Positions 12,061 to 25,161 are shown, numbered from the stretch's first letter. The stretch: 64,000 nucleotides of DNA from Mytilus edulis (GCF_963676685.1 NC_092344.1:102114001-102178000), one strand, 5' to 3'. A program made the numbers and translations. The notes: generated by a model from the letters alone, not told the origin.

Positions 12061-13973
12061 TTAAACTGTCAATTGTTCTTGAACAATTGAGAGGTCTTTC
12101 CTTTTATAATGTAAAATACATGTTCCAACAGACGTAGAATGTATTGAAAAGGTCAAGGTCAACCTTGAAAAGCTCGAAAACACACTAAAAATCCTTTATA
12201 TAAGGTTAAAACCACTAAATTTGCTATCTGGGACATGACCTTGACCTTTGACCTTTTGACCTTTGTCAAGGTCATTAGTCCCCAATGTCATTGCTGAAGA
12301 CCCCATGGGTCTAGGACCTTTGGTTTTATAATAAAAGCTGATTTTGTCTTTCCAGAAACCTAAAACAGGGGTTATGCCCCTTAAGAAAGGTCAAATCTCT
12401 TCGGTCAAAATGAAACAAAGTTGCGCTGTAATGACTCAAACATTTTCCACTATTTGAAACTTCTGTAAGTATAATAGTTTCTGAGATTATCCCATAACAA
12501 GGTGTTAGGTCAAAGGTCAAGGTCAACATACAAATTTGACCTTGAGGTATTTTTCAAAGATACATGAATTGATGATAAATGGTGAAGATCCTAGGTGTCT
12601 ACGACTTACGGTTTCTGAGTTTTGGTGGTCAACCGACACCGGTTAATTTTCATAGGGGCATAACCCTACCAATGAGTCGTTGAATCTTTTCGATCCAAAT
12701 GTAACGAAGAACCGGGGTCTGGTCCTGAACAAATTTCACCCTCTGTTTTTTTTCTACCTATTACGGTTACGGTGTTGGAATGATAACAAGGTTTTTGGGT
12801 TTCGGAGGGATTACTCCGAACCGACAAAATATTTCGACTAACAGGGTGAGTTCCGGATAGATATTCATGACACCGATACAAAGTGTGAACATGAAAGCGA
12901 CACGTCTTACGGTTACGGAGGCTAACTTCATCAAAGTTTAACGGAAGAATAATAATAATAATAATTAAACTGTCAATTGTTCTTGAACAATTGAGAGGTC
13001 TTTCCTTTTGTAATGTAAAATACATGTTCTAATAGACGTAGAATGTATTGAAAAGGTCAAGGTCAACCGTACAAAGCTTGAAAACCCACTAAAAATCCAT
13101 TATATGAGGTTAAAAACACTTAATTCGCTATCTGGGACATGACCTTGACCTTTGACCTTTTGACCTTTGTCAAGGTCATTAGTCCCCAATGTCATTGCTG
13201 AAGACCCCATGGGTCTAGGACCTTTGGTTACATAGTAAAAGCTGATTTTGTCTTTTCAGAAACCTAAAACAGGGGTTATGCCCCTTATTAAAAGGTCAAA
13301 TCTCTTTGGTCAAAATGTAACAAAGTTGCGCCGTAATAACCCAAACATTTTCCACTATTTAAAACTTCTGTAAGTATAATGGTTTCTGAGATTATCCCAT
13401 AACAAGGTGTTAGGTCAAAGGTCAAGGTCAACATACAAATTTGACCTTGAGGTATTTTTCAAAGATACATGAATTGATGATGAATGGTGAAGATCCTAGG
13501 TGTCTACGACTTACGGTTTCTGAGTTTTGGTGGCCAACCGACACCGGTTAATTTTCATAGGGGCATAACCCTACCAATGAGTCGTTGAATCTTTTCGATC
13601 CAAATGTAACGAAGAACCGGGGTCTGGTCCTGAACAAATTTCACCTTTTGTTTTTTGTCTACCTATTACGGTTACGGTGTTGGAACGATAACAAGGTTTT
13701 TGGGTTTCGGAGGGATTACTCCGAACCGACAAAATATTTCGACTCACAGGGTGAGTTCCAGATAGGTATTCATGACACCTATACAAAGTGTTAATATGAA
13801 AGCGACACGTCTTACGGTTAACGCGGCTAAATTTGTCAAAGTTTAACGGAAGAATAATAATAATAAACAAAAGAAATACAGTAAGGTCTTTCCCTTTTGT
13901 AAAAGGAAAGACCTTAATAATAAACAAAAGAAATACAGTAAGGTCTTTCCCTTTTGTAAAAGGAAAGACCTTA
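12061..13973. mobile_element. Helentron-like element present as a ~904-bp head-to-tail dimer with a duplicated 57-bp hairpin end
   Basis: Units begin TTAAACTGTCAATTGTTCTTGAACAATTGA at 12061 and 12965; (AAT)n; hairpin AGGTCTTTCC..GGAAAGACCT occurs twice at 13865-13973. Confidence 0.75.
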
Positions 13974-14030
13974 ACTATGCGTCTGTCAGTGTGAGATCTG
14001 AATTTGTAGTGAAAAACACCATAGTAATAT

Positions 14031-15713
14031 CACTGTGCTTAAACGGCCGTGGGTAACTTAAGTCACCCACAGCCCAAGATGGCGGACTCTAAACTCGTTG
14101 AGATGATAGTTGATACGAAATCTACTTTTTGCAACGTTTTCCATGATCTATGTAAATATTGATAGGATTTTAGAATAAAGAAATCACTTACCATCACTAC
14201 AAATTTGTTAATTTTGACTTCACTTTAGCGCAAGGCCAACTTTTAAAAAATGCATAAGATGTTCATAACTTATAAGTCAAAAATAATCAGACTGTCCGTA
14301 ACTTTATATTCGGATGTGGGTAACATTTTTTTCAAAATGGTAAGATTAGCAATTTCAACACTTAAAGGACAATAAACACTAGCAAACCAATTAATTATTA
14401 CATAGATTTATACAATAACGATAAGCTTCAAACTAAACAAGAGAAAAAAGCAAACCAGAGTGTCACGGATTTTCCGTTAAATTTTTTTTTTAAATTCCCA
14501 GGATAAAACGGGATCTGACGGTACGGCTAAATTTATCTAACATTCTTCTAGCTTTGTAGATTGTTCACTGATGAGTCCTTGGCCTGTGTAGTCGCGGTAA
14601 AAAATAATATCCTTTCCTGTAAATAATTTCTGAATTGTTAGCCAAAAAAGTATGGTCTCTTCACTATATCTAGTGTGATGTGTTGTTGATTGTGAGAAAA
14701 AAATGCCAATGTCTAAGAGTAGATGGAAGGCTATATTGTTGAACAGGTGTCAGTTAGGTAGATTTAAAATCATCTAAAAGTTTCATTGACCTCCGGGATT
14801 GAAAAAGATCAGGTATCAAATCATACATATCTTCTTTAGAGGTTTGGACTGATTCATCTATGTATTTCTGCTAAGGATTGACCTCTGAACTTGTTCTCCT
14901 AAGGTGATTTTCATATGTTCACTATTAATGTAATTTCTACAGTTGGAAATGGTGAGATTTATAACCTGCATGTGATGATTTATCATCTAAAACTTTTAAA
15001 GCAGTTAACAATCTATAAAGCCAGTAGAATGTAAGATACATTAATTTTGCCGTACAATTTTCTTCATAAGAAAATGCCTGTACCAAGTCAGAAAAATGGC
15101 AGTTGATATCCATTCGGTTGATCTTTGGACTTTTCCATTTGATAACGGACTTTCCTTTATGAATTTTCTTCAGAGTTCAGTATTTTTGTAATTTTACTTT
15201 TTAATGTCTGTACCAAGGCAGGAATATGACCGTTGTTTTCCATTCGTTTGGTGTGTTAAATTGAGCTTTTGGCTTTGCCATTCCATAAAGGACTTTCCGT
15301 TTGAATATTTCTAGGAGTTCGGTATTTTTGTTATTTATCATTTCTTTTTTTAAATAATTACATCCACGAATAAAGATTCTTTGAAAGTTACTGACATTAT
15401 GCTAAAGTTACGGACATCCCTATTGGTATAAGGAAAAAAGTTACGGACAAGTTGTTTTGAAGTTACGGACATCATAAGTGTTTTGGCAAATCGTGCTGTT
15501 ATCGTTTATTTTGCAGTAACAAACCATGTTTTACATTGCAGAGTTTCCCCAAAAGATTTATATAAATTTTTAATTACTGAACATTTCTTTTGTATACATG
15601 GTATTGTAATTATAAAGGAGCAAACTTCCTAACCGAAGCCAGGCGGCTCCATTTTGGGCTGTGGGTAACTTAAGTTGGTAACTTAAGTTACCCACGGCCA
15701 TTTAAGCACAGTG
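14031..15713. mobile_element. Non-autonomous Transib/RAG-like DNA transposon
   Basis: TIRs start CACTGTGCTTAAA(C/T)GGCCGTGGGTAACTTAAGT; exact 5-bp TSD AATAT (14026-14030, 15714-15718); no transposase ORF. Confidence 0.7.
15070..15340 (+). repeat. Two tandem fragments of an abundant CCTGTACCAAGTCAG interspersed repeat, nested in the Transib-like element
   Basis: Related copies at ~26440-26570 and, inverted, 54430-54570. Confidence 0.6.
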
Positions 15714-16056
15714 AATATGTTATTATTTTCATTTATGTTATATAAAACAATTTAACTAAAGTAACTCATTTGTAGGGCTGCCGTCTCATTACAATCCATG
15801 TAGTAGTTTATTTTCTGAGGCTATAAACTCTTTTCTGCAAATCTTGATTTTTTTTTAAAATATCTAATAATTTTTATATTAAATTTTGATGAAGGCTATA
15901 GTTGTATATTTTGCTGTCTTAGTCCATTTGAAAACTTTTAGTCTAGGTGCGACTATATTCAAAATGGCCTGTAAATAGACACAGTAAAAAATGTGCCTGT
16001 TATTATAAAGTCAATTACAATATTGGTATGTTATATATGGTTTTGTTCCGCTGTAG

Positions 16057-16148
16057 GAGGATGTTTTGAGTATCCAACAGAAAGAAAGGGATGACTCACT
16101 GCCAGCCAGAGATTGTCTATTCTGTAGAGAGAAATTGGAAGGAAATAG
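16057..16148 (+). CDS. ZNF277: ZNF277 exon 5
   Basis: ctgtag|EDVLSIQQKERDDSLPARDCLFCREKLEGN AG|gtatgg. Confidence 0.93.
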
Positions 16149-16717
16149 GTATGGTTTTCTATGTTATGATGGTGTAATATTTTATACAGACATGTGTTGC
16201 ATTGCACATTTTAAAGATCAGATTTTTTTGGGGTAATTAATAAGATACCAGAGAAATTGATTAATTATTGACATGTTCAATAACAATTACTGTACTTGTT
16301 TTAAACTTTATCATTCTTACCACAAAAGATATGCATTTTGACATATACCCAGTAATCTCTTTTCAGTGATGCTAATGGCCAAAATAATTGGAACTGAATA
16401 TAAATGTTGAAGGGCTAAATAAATATAACCAAAAAGGACATAAAGTATAGCCAAACCAAGACATGATATCAGAGTAATACATGTGGAAGATACATTTCTG
16501 TATTTTAAATGATGTGCTAGGTTTATCACAGCAAATTGTTTAAAATTTATAATTGTATGATCATGTGATTGCCCTTAGTACTTGTTTCTGGGTTGGTGAT
16601 ACACTCAAGGAATTAAATTCCACTAGCAGAGGTATAGACTCAGTGGTAATGGTGACATTAAATACATTTTACTTAACCTGATGTGCATTTCAACATATAA
16701 TGTTCACATTTTTATTC

Positions 16718-17756
16718 CAGGGCTTCCAAAAAATATTTGAGCCAGCCGGACATTTCATATGATCCCGATTTTAATCCCTTAAGACTAAGTCACAAAAGGC
16801 AATTATGGTAATCAGATGGCCATTCCAATGATTGACATTACATTAAAAAAGACGATTTTAAACTTTACTTTGATATGATATGAATTTGATGTACGGATGT
16901 AACTGTTAAATTGACAGTGCATCATTCAAAGTGTGCACATAGGCGTGCTCATATCTGCCTTAGACTTTTTATTTGTGCAAAATGACATTGTCAAAAACTT
17001 TACTTTCGTTTCACATTGTTCTAACCGGAGAGGTCAACCGGATGTTGACTTGACAATGGTAAAACACGGACCATAAACGGATACGTAAAATCCGTGTACG
17101 TTTACAAAGCACGACTGAGTGAAGAAGCTCCTATGTTATTTCTTAACCAAAATACTTGAAATGAACGTTAGATACATGTATCAATGATAATTTTAGCATT
17201 TTTTAAGAAATTTAGGATGCATAATTAAATTTCACACCTGTGCACATGCGCATACCTGTTCTAGTTCATATGACGTAGTTCTGACGATTTTTCATTTAAA
17301 ACCTTTTTAAATTTTTCATCAAATCATGTTTATAAACTAAGTTCTAATAATTTTAATCTTTTGGACTAAACCAATTAGAAACAAACCGCTGAAAAGTAAG
17401 AAAAAAATTGTGAATAAACCGATCAATTTATACGATGTCCGGTACTGAACATAGTTCACCTGTCACCTGAACAGGTAGATTTCAGCTGTCCAACTACTAA
17501 TTAGCCTTGATTAAACTTAGAAGGTATTGAAGTAGGTGTTGTTTTGATAGTAATTAATCATCATGTCACATTTATGACCGGAAATGTGATGATGTTAAAG
17601 GCAAAAGGTTGGGTCAAAAAGATCGTGAAATATGTAAAAATGACCGAAAAATCCTTGAAAACTAAAAAGTATATGACCGTTTCATGCTTTGACAAGCCGG
17701 ACTTGTACCGGACATTATACAAATGACCGGAATATATGACCGTTTTGGAAGCCCTG
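16718..17756. mobile_element. Non-autonomous hAT element
   Basis: TIR CAGGGCTTCCAAAA / TTTTGGAAGCCCTG; perfect 8-bp TSD TTTTATTC; orphan right end of the same family at ~5443-5478. Confidence 0.88.
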
Positions 17757-17940
17757 TTTTATTCATGTTATTTTCATTTACAAAACTGCAATAAAGCCCT
17801 ACAAAAATTCAAGACCCTGACATATTTATTGATATGAAATAATCATCACAGCAGAAATATATAATTATTTATCAGATTTGACAAATGAAAACTATAAAAA
17901 TTGAATGGTTTAAAGATATGTTGTTTCCATTGTTTTGCAG

Positions 17941-18005
17941 GGGATTGTTGTTTGATCATATGGCTCATGATCATGGATTTAATGTTGGACTGCCAGACAA
18001 TATAG
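17941..18005 (+). CDS. ZNF277: ZNF277 exon 6
   Basis: ttgcag|G GLLFDHMAHDHGFNVGLPDNI G|gtactt. Confidence 0.93.
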
Positions 18006-20017
18006 GTACTTTAATTTCCCTTACTTTTTTCAGCTCATATAACTAAGAGATTTACACATCTTTACTAGCCATATGAGCTTTGTGGTAATAAGCATTGTTT
18101 AAAAGTTTCATAACATTTAGTTGAGGCAAACTTAAGAGAAATAAATATTTCAGCATTTTTTCTATTTGTAAAGAGACATAACTCTAAAACTTAATGATAC
18201 TGATTACAACAGAAGCAGAACATATTTACAGACCTGTTGAAAATCTTAAAAACCTTCACTTTTTTAACGCCACATACATTTGTATTCTTTGGATGCAGTA
18301 TTTTCCTATAACTGTAAAGTTATTTTGATTCGTGCTTAGTGACTGCTATCATGATCTTTGTAATGATCATTTAAACCAGTAATTTAGATAATAAACAAAT
18401 AAAAATGATGTTTTAATACAGTTTTCAATGTGGAAGTTTTTAAACTTTGCAGTAGTATAACTACGGATCTTAATAAATAGAAAATTTGTATGATATAACT
18501 CCAATTCATGTTTAATGGCACTTCAGGACAAGGTTATCTGTGTGTGATTTATAAAAAATGTAATTGATTGCATGTAACTATTTGAATAAATAGTTTTATT
18601 GCATTTAACTGTTTGAATAAATAGTTTTATCCTTATCAGGTTTATGTGCAAACACATTTGTAGTAATTTAGATTTGGTAAGATTGTGTTTTATGATAAAG
18701 CGTTGCTTTAATACAGTAATACATGTATCAACCTCAAACAGAGTTTTCTTAAAATCAATTTGACTTCTTTCTGCCTAAGTACAGTTATTACTGCATATTT
18801 TTTTTCTTGACTATAGAACATTCAAGGAGGTGAGACATAGAGATTCTACATATTGTCAGCATTGACAGTTTTTATGTTTAGATGTGGTTAAAAAAATATT
18901 GAAATTGACACCACCAAACACAGATCAAGTTTGAACTTAGTTAGCATCACTTTCAAACTTCATGAGTTATGTCCCTTTATAAACAGAAAAATTGCTGAAT
19001 TAGCAGTTTCCACACTTTAACTTTACTTTGCCTTAACCAACTGTTATAAAACTTATACACAATGTTTATAACCACCTACATCATGTACATGTAGCACAGA
19101 TCAGGTTTGAATTTGGGTTGCTTCACTTTCACCGTTCTTGAGACATGTCCCTTCATAAATGAACAAATTGCTGAATATGCTATATATTTACAAGAGGGGA
19201 CAACTATGTCCCTTGGACACAAACTTCTTATATTTTTCCTTTTTCCCCAAGTCAACATTCAAGAACAGTCTGTGGTGAAAGAGTTTAAAAACCCAAATAC
19301 CTGTCAAACCTTTATGGAATTTAGGTAACATGGTCAGAAGCTTCTTTATTTATAAGATATATATCAATCACCCTGTGCAAATTTTTGAATATCTGTATGT
19401 TACTAATAAATAGGATTATACATTTTACTTTTATACTGACATCTGCAGTTGTGGATGAGACATAGGGTTCAATTGAATCATTTATGCATTTTTGTTCTCT
19501 GTGCAACACAGAGGAAATTGTCATATTCTCTTTCCACCCACCTGTCCGCCTCAGACACATCAATTCTCAGAGACCATTTGACATAAAGCTTTAACATTTG
19601 GGAGGAATTTTTTTTTTAGTACGGTAATGTAACAATGATACCTGTTGACACAGCTCCTGAATCAACTTGCTTATAGCTCTTATGCTTGGTAGAATTGTTT
19701 GCTATCATGTGTAGTCCAATAAATAACCCCCATTTTAATGACTGTTGGACACAATGACACACTGTGACACACTATTTCATTCCTAATTTGCAGTTTTGGG
19801 GATATTTTGCTATTTCACAGTAATTTTGTTAGTCTTTAAGCAAGTTTAAGCATTTCTTTGGATTTTTGACTTCCAATAAATGAATAAAAATTTCCTACAT
19901 AACATTTTTTTCTTTCACAAAGATATGTATCCATGAGATAAAAGAAATATTACATTAAAACCGAAATCGACTGTATTATAAAGAAAATTATGTGTTTTCA
20001 TATGTTTTATATTTCAG

Positions 20018-20063
20018 TATATAAAGATGAGTTTTTAGATTTATTACAAGAGCAGTTAAGCAA
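20018..20063 (+). CDS. ZNF277: ZNF277 exon 7
   Basis: tttcag|TA YKDEFLDLLQEQLS AA|gtaagt; phases fit both neighbours. Confidence 0.9.
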
Positions 20064-20715
20064 GTAAGTTAATATTTCAATGTAGGAAAATTTAACTGAA
20101 TATCCACTAATGATATTAAAGTCAAATTCACAAATCAATGGTCTATTATAAACTATTATAGCCTGTGTCATCAAAAGTTATAACCAAGCTAGTTTCTTCC
20201 TAATAGAATACATATAAACTGGTATATATAATCTAAAGTTATTTACATTTAAATTAACTAAAAAAAAACAACTCATGTACCCACTGAATGACTGACTGTC
20301 AGTATATTATTGATTGCAATAAATTTAGAACAATCCTATAGGTTGAACTTCTGTAAATATAAACAACACAATTTCCCATGGTAACTCCTTTTACTGCTAG
20401 AACTGTGCAACTTTTAGGATGACGTTAAAAAAATTTACAGTTTGTATGCCCTTTTATTTTTTGCAAATGTTGTGCGGCATATTTTGAACATTTATATGCT
20501 TCTCTTAGAGTTTAAACTTGTACCAATATTCTGTACTATCAATTCCTTTTACTTTGAGTCTTCCTAAAGATTCAATTTGTCGGCTATCCAACACAACAGA
20601 ATTTATCGTGGTAGAATTCCAAAGTTGTATCTCTATGAGATGAAACATGGAGATCATAGATCGGTAGGTTAATAAATTACATTTATAAATATTAAATATC
20701 TCTCCAAAAGAAGTG

Positions 20716-20971
20716 AGGGGCCTTGATGGCTGAGTGGTCTAAGTGGTTGCTACTGTGATCACTAGCAAGTCAACACTGACGTTGTGAGTTCGAACCCCGC
20801 TTGTGCTGGCGCACACAACTCTAATCTTAATTGACTAGGACCATCAGTTTTCCTATCGAAGGTTGGTGGTTTTCTCTGGACACTCTGGCTTCCTCCACCA
20901 ATAGAAACTAGCTGCCACGAAAACGCTATATGCGGTGCTTAAAAGTGGCATTAAAACACCAAAAATCCAAA
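20716..20971 (+). mobile_element. tRNA-derived SINE with V-SINE-like central domain
   Basis: A-box TGGCTGAGTGG, B-box GTTCGAACCC, core GGTTTTTCTCTGGACACTCTGGCTTCCTCCACCA, (AAATCC) tail, 13-bp TSD TCCAAAAGAAGTG. Confidence 0.88.
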
Positions 20972-21389
20972 TCCAAAAGAAGTGTGGTTTGTGAATCAGC
21001 TGTTTTACAAAGTAAAACCTTTAAAATATTTAGTTATGATAACACAATGCTTTTGTTTTCAGTTCCAAAGATTTGATTTGGAAATACTGAAATGATATAA
21101 CTGAAACACTGGACCAGAATTAGTTTATATAAAGCATGTATTGTTTCTGTTATATTGATGAAGAAAAACCAGACTTACATTATTAATTATGATTTAACAG
21201 TCCTGAAAGTCTAAGTTATAAGAAGTGAGGAAGTAAATATATATAATACCGGTAGGTTCTAAAGATTAAATTTCAACCAGCCCAAGCCCCTTGCTCAAGG
21301 GAAAGTTAAGCAAAGCATTTCTATATCAGTTCTAAAATTGTACATATACTGTGTCTAAGAAATAATTTGTCATTTTTATATCTTTTCAG

Positions 21390-21522
21390 TCTGAACTGTT
21401 TATATTGTGAAAAGACATTTAGAGACAGAATTGTTTTAAAAGAGCATATGAGAAAGAAACAACACAGAAAAATTAATCCTAACAATAAAGTTTACGATAG
21501 ATTTTATATGATAAATTATTTG
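21390..21522 (+). CDS. ZNF277: ZNF277 exon 8
   Basis: tttcag|T LNCLYCEKTFRDRIVLKEHMRKKQHRKINPNNKVYDRFYMINYL|gtgagt. Confidence 0.96.
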
Positions 21523-22323
21523 GTGAGTAAAAAATGTAATACCATTACGTTCTAGTAATTTTTGGAAAATATCATGTGTATCAAGATTTGTCCCAGGTAA
21601 GAGGGCGGGTTGAACGCTCACAAACATGTTGAACCATGCCAAACTCTTTATGGCCCTGTTTCAAATCAGGAGTGTAGTTTAGTGGTTGTCATTGGTTCAT
21701 GTCTGTCATGATTTTTGTTCATTAATTGTTTTGTTACAAATTAGGCTGTTGGTGTACTCAATTAATTTTTTCCAACTTCATTCCAAATCTGGTGTATAGT
21801 TGTCTCATTGGCAATCATACCACATCATCTTATTTTTCTATCCAGTGGAAATCTCAAAGGAAAAAATTCCATCTTCTATGAATAAAAAAATTCTTAAAAC
21901 TTCCAAGAAATATTTTAGACAAATAGATATTGTGTTTTTAGTTTTAAAGACTAGTAGGTGCTTTATTAGGAAGCTGTACATTAAAATTAGACTTGTCAAG
22001 TTATACTAGTGAATAGCAGGGGAAAAGTCCTGAATATGCATTTATTCACTTTATGACATTAAGTAGCAATGTTTTAACATGGTTCGAAAAAACAATAGGT
22101 AGCAATAATCTCTGAAGTCAGCACTAGGATTGTCTTAATGTTGCTGTTAGTGCTGAACTTATGGGGTATTTTTTTATGACAACTGGCAAGGTAAAAATTT
22201 AAAGCATTTCATTACCACAATATCTTTAATACATCCAAATGTAATTTGTCAATACATGTAGATATTTATAACACATGTCAAATAGTAAAACATCTAGAAA
22301 CTAGTTTTATAATATTTTCACAG

Positions 22324-22400
22324 GAACTGGGTAAGAATTGGGAGGCTATACAATCAGAAGATGATACTGCCATAGATAATGATGCTGAGTCAGAAAAGGA
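22324..22400 (+). CDS. ZNF277: ZNF277 exon 9
   Basis: tcacag|ELGKNWEAIQSEDDTAIDNDAESEK GA|gtaagt. Confidence 0.93.
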
Positions 22401-23576
22401 GTAAGTTATTAAAGTGAACTTTGTATTGAAAACATTCTTTGTGGCCCATTGGTGGCCTTCAGCTGTTGTCTGCTCTTTGGTCAGATTGTTCAAATGTCCC
22501 TTTAACACATTCCGCATTTCCATTCTCAATTTTATTCTCCATAAGTGTAAGACATATGAATTAAAGACATTCTTCATGCCTGTTAAAAAAAATATAGCTT
22601 AACTTAAGTTATGTACCGGTATGCGATTCCAGTGACAGTCATCAGTGTGATTTTGACTCCCTGCTGCAGCCAATGGGGTATAAAAGTGTTACTATCGTCC
22701 ATTAGTCTGTCCGTCTGTCCATACATATGTCTCTGTTTCTGTTCTATAGTTAACCAAATGTTATGAAATTTATACACAATGCTTATTACCACAAAACACA
22801 GATAAAGTTGGAATTTTGGTTGTTTAAAGTCATGAAACGAGTGACCGGTGAAAAATAATGTTATTTTAATTCTTGTACCAATGCATACAAACATCGTAAC
22901 TTAGTCTTATGTGCACCATTTTATCATTTTTTGTGTGTTTTGAAGCCGAAGTTTAAAGATTGTCACCTGTGTGTCAACAATCAACAAAAAACATGGATAT
23001 TGAGCACATGTTTAACATGAACAATCAGATAATTATAGTTTATTTTAAGGACATCCATGCGTATTGCGATCACATGATTTTTACGAGATGGGTCACGCTG
23101 AGGTCACTCTGCATATGGAAAATATGTCAGGGAATTGCTTCCTGGAAGGTAGCAATTAACATAAAGTAAACTTCTTCTAAATATGAACAAATTAAAGAAT
23201 TTTCTTCAGAAAAAAGAATATGTACATAAAGTTTTATGATGAAAACCATCCATTGAGTTATAAAAAAACATATGCATTATTTTTATTATTTTGAGTTTTC
23301 TTATGATTTTAACGTTTAATGTTCTTGAGTTATGTTCCTATTAAACATTATATGCTAGTTATACCTTAAGCTATATTATATTAAAATATCTTCTTCTTTT
23401 TTAAAGTGACCAAATATTTGTAGTAAGGGGGTTAAATACTATAAAACTACATTACTAAACTGCTACATTGAGATACACATCTAAGGAACTAAGTTCACAA
23501 AGTAATCATGTTATGCAAGTGTTCATAATTATCTATGTATGTTATAATGTGAACACTTTTTTTTTTAAATGTATAG

Positions 23577-23676
23577 AGAAGATTACAGTGACTGGGAAGA
23601 AGTAGGGGCCCAGGCTGTTTGTCTGTATTGTGAATTCTCCTCCAGCATACCTGATAAACTTCATGCTCACATGCAG
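23577..23676 (+). CDS. ZNF277: ZNF277 exon 10
   Basis: gtatag|A EDYSDWEEVGAQAVCLYCEFSSSIPDKLHAHMQ|gtaaag. Confidence 0.93.
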
Positions 23677-23693
23677 GTAAAGTACACCCCAGG

Positions 23694-24405
23694 CAGGGGT
23701 CATGGGCCGTAGGCACATTATAGCTGAAAATGGCCAATTCTAATCTGACATGCTTCTTTCGCTTTGTGAATATACCCATGCTCTAAATCCAATAAAATTT
23801 GTTTGCACATGCATATATTGACTACTGCAGACTAATGCATTTTATCAAACGCATGCATTTAATATATTTCATTGATTAAAAACACTTCCAAAGTCTTAAA
23901 TGATGCAAATGTTGTTACTAATACATTTGTTATGACTGTAATGTGTTGCATTTGGAAATTGACATATTTCACCGAGATACGACAACCGTTCATACTAGCT
24001 GTTCAAACTCCTCCTTCTTAAAAATCACATTGCCAGTCGTTTGCTGGTTTACAAACATAAAGGGAGGTTCATGGAAGAGCCTACACAAACACGCTACACT
24101 TATTACAATCGGATATAGAAATTACCCTAATTGTCCTAATCAGAATCGAAATAATTAATGCAAGCTTCAACTTTATTGTAGTTTTAACATGGGTAGGCAT
24201 TATATTCATGTTATTTTAGCCCTCACTATCGCTCGGGCAAAAATAATCACGAATATAATGCCTACACACCCTAAAGTCTAGCTTGCATCAATTATTTCTT
24301 AATTAAAATAATATGATTTTACAAAGAATCTACCAAATATGACTTTAAAATTTATGTAAAAAATGCTGGACTTGGCCCATTGTGATAATTTCTTCCCAAC
24401 CACTG
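23694..24405. mobile_element. Degenerate CAG...CTG DNA element containing a palindromic insert (~24150-24300)
   Basis: Ends CAGGGGT / ACCACTG; flanks CCCAGG / CTCAGG; inner inverted arms GTAGGCATTATATTC / GAATATAATGCCTAC. Confidence 0.45.
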
Positions 24406-24770
24406 CTCAGGGTGGTTGTTTTGATTTGAATGCTCCTCCAGGACACCTGATAAATAAAATTTCATGCTTATATGCAGATAAGTATACCCCTGGGTCTTTG
24501 TCTTTATTGTGAGTTCTGCTCCAGTATATCTGATAAACTTTATGCTCATGTACAGGTATAATACACTCAAGGGTTTGTGTAATGCTGAGTTTTATGCTAA
24601 CATGCAGGCACAGAATGGAGGTATTATGAATTCTCATCCTGTAAAAAGTAATGAGTTTTATGTTCAAATCAAGTTTAAGAAAACCCATCTTTTATTTCGA
24701 AGTTTATCTCAGTATATCTGATAATTATCATGCACCCATCCAGATACATTGCAACCCAGCTGTATATCTG
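24406..24770 (+). repeat. Decayed tandem copies of the 3' part of ZNF277 exon 10 plus its splice donor
   Basis: 3-4 copies of TGTCT.TATTGTGA.TTCT.CTCCAG.ATA.CTGATAAACTT.ATGCTCA...CAG matching 23610-23690. Confidence 0.75.
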
Positions 24771-25068
24771 TAAAACATCATTCTGACAGTCATTTCATTC
24801 AGATATGTTGTTAAGTACCGGGTAACTATAAATCATAGGTAACATAGTTGTATGAATTTATACAATTGATGCACAGTGTAACTATTTTTAATTGATTTAT
24901 CCCTCATACTTCTCATCTTTGAAGCAAAAGGGTATATCTTCCATATTTAAATTCCTAAAAATAAGAAATTTATACACGTTTACATATATTAACTTTTAGA
25001 TATCATTATAGACATTTTATGTCTACAGTATTCCAAGAGCTATTATATGTCTAAATATTTCTTTTTAG

Positions 25069-25161
25069 GAGCTGCATGACCTTGACCTGAAGGAAATAAA
25101 ACTTAGACTGAATCTCAACTTCTATCAACAAGTAAAGTTAATAAATTATATTCGAAGACAG
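25069..25161 (+). CDS. ZNF277: ZNF277 exon 11
   Basis: ttttag|ELHDLDLKEIKLRLNLNFYQQVKLINYIRRQ|gtaatg. Confidence 0.95.

Noticed and set aside
12666-13927. Paralogous 118-119 aa ORF pair
   Set aside because: Both lie in the two units of a non-coding tandem element; poly-Ile comes from (AAT)n
20716-20805. tRNA gene
   Set aside because: A and B boxes are present but run into a SINE body with a tail and 13-bp TSD; no clean cloverleaf or T-run terminator
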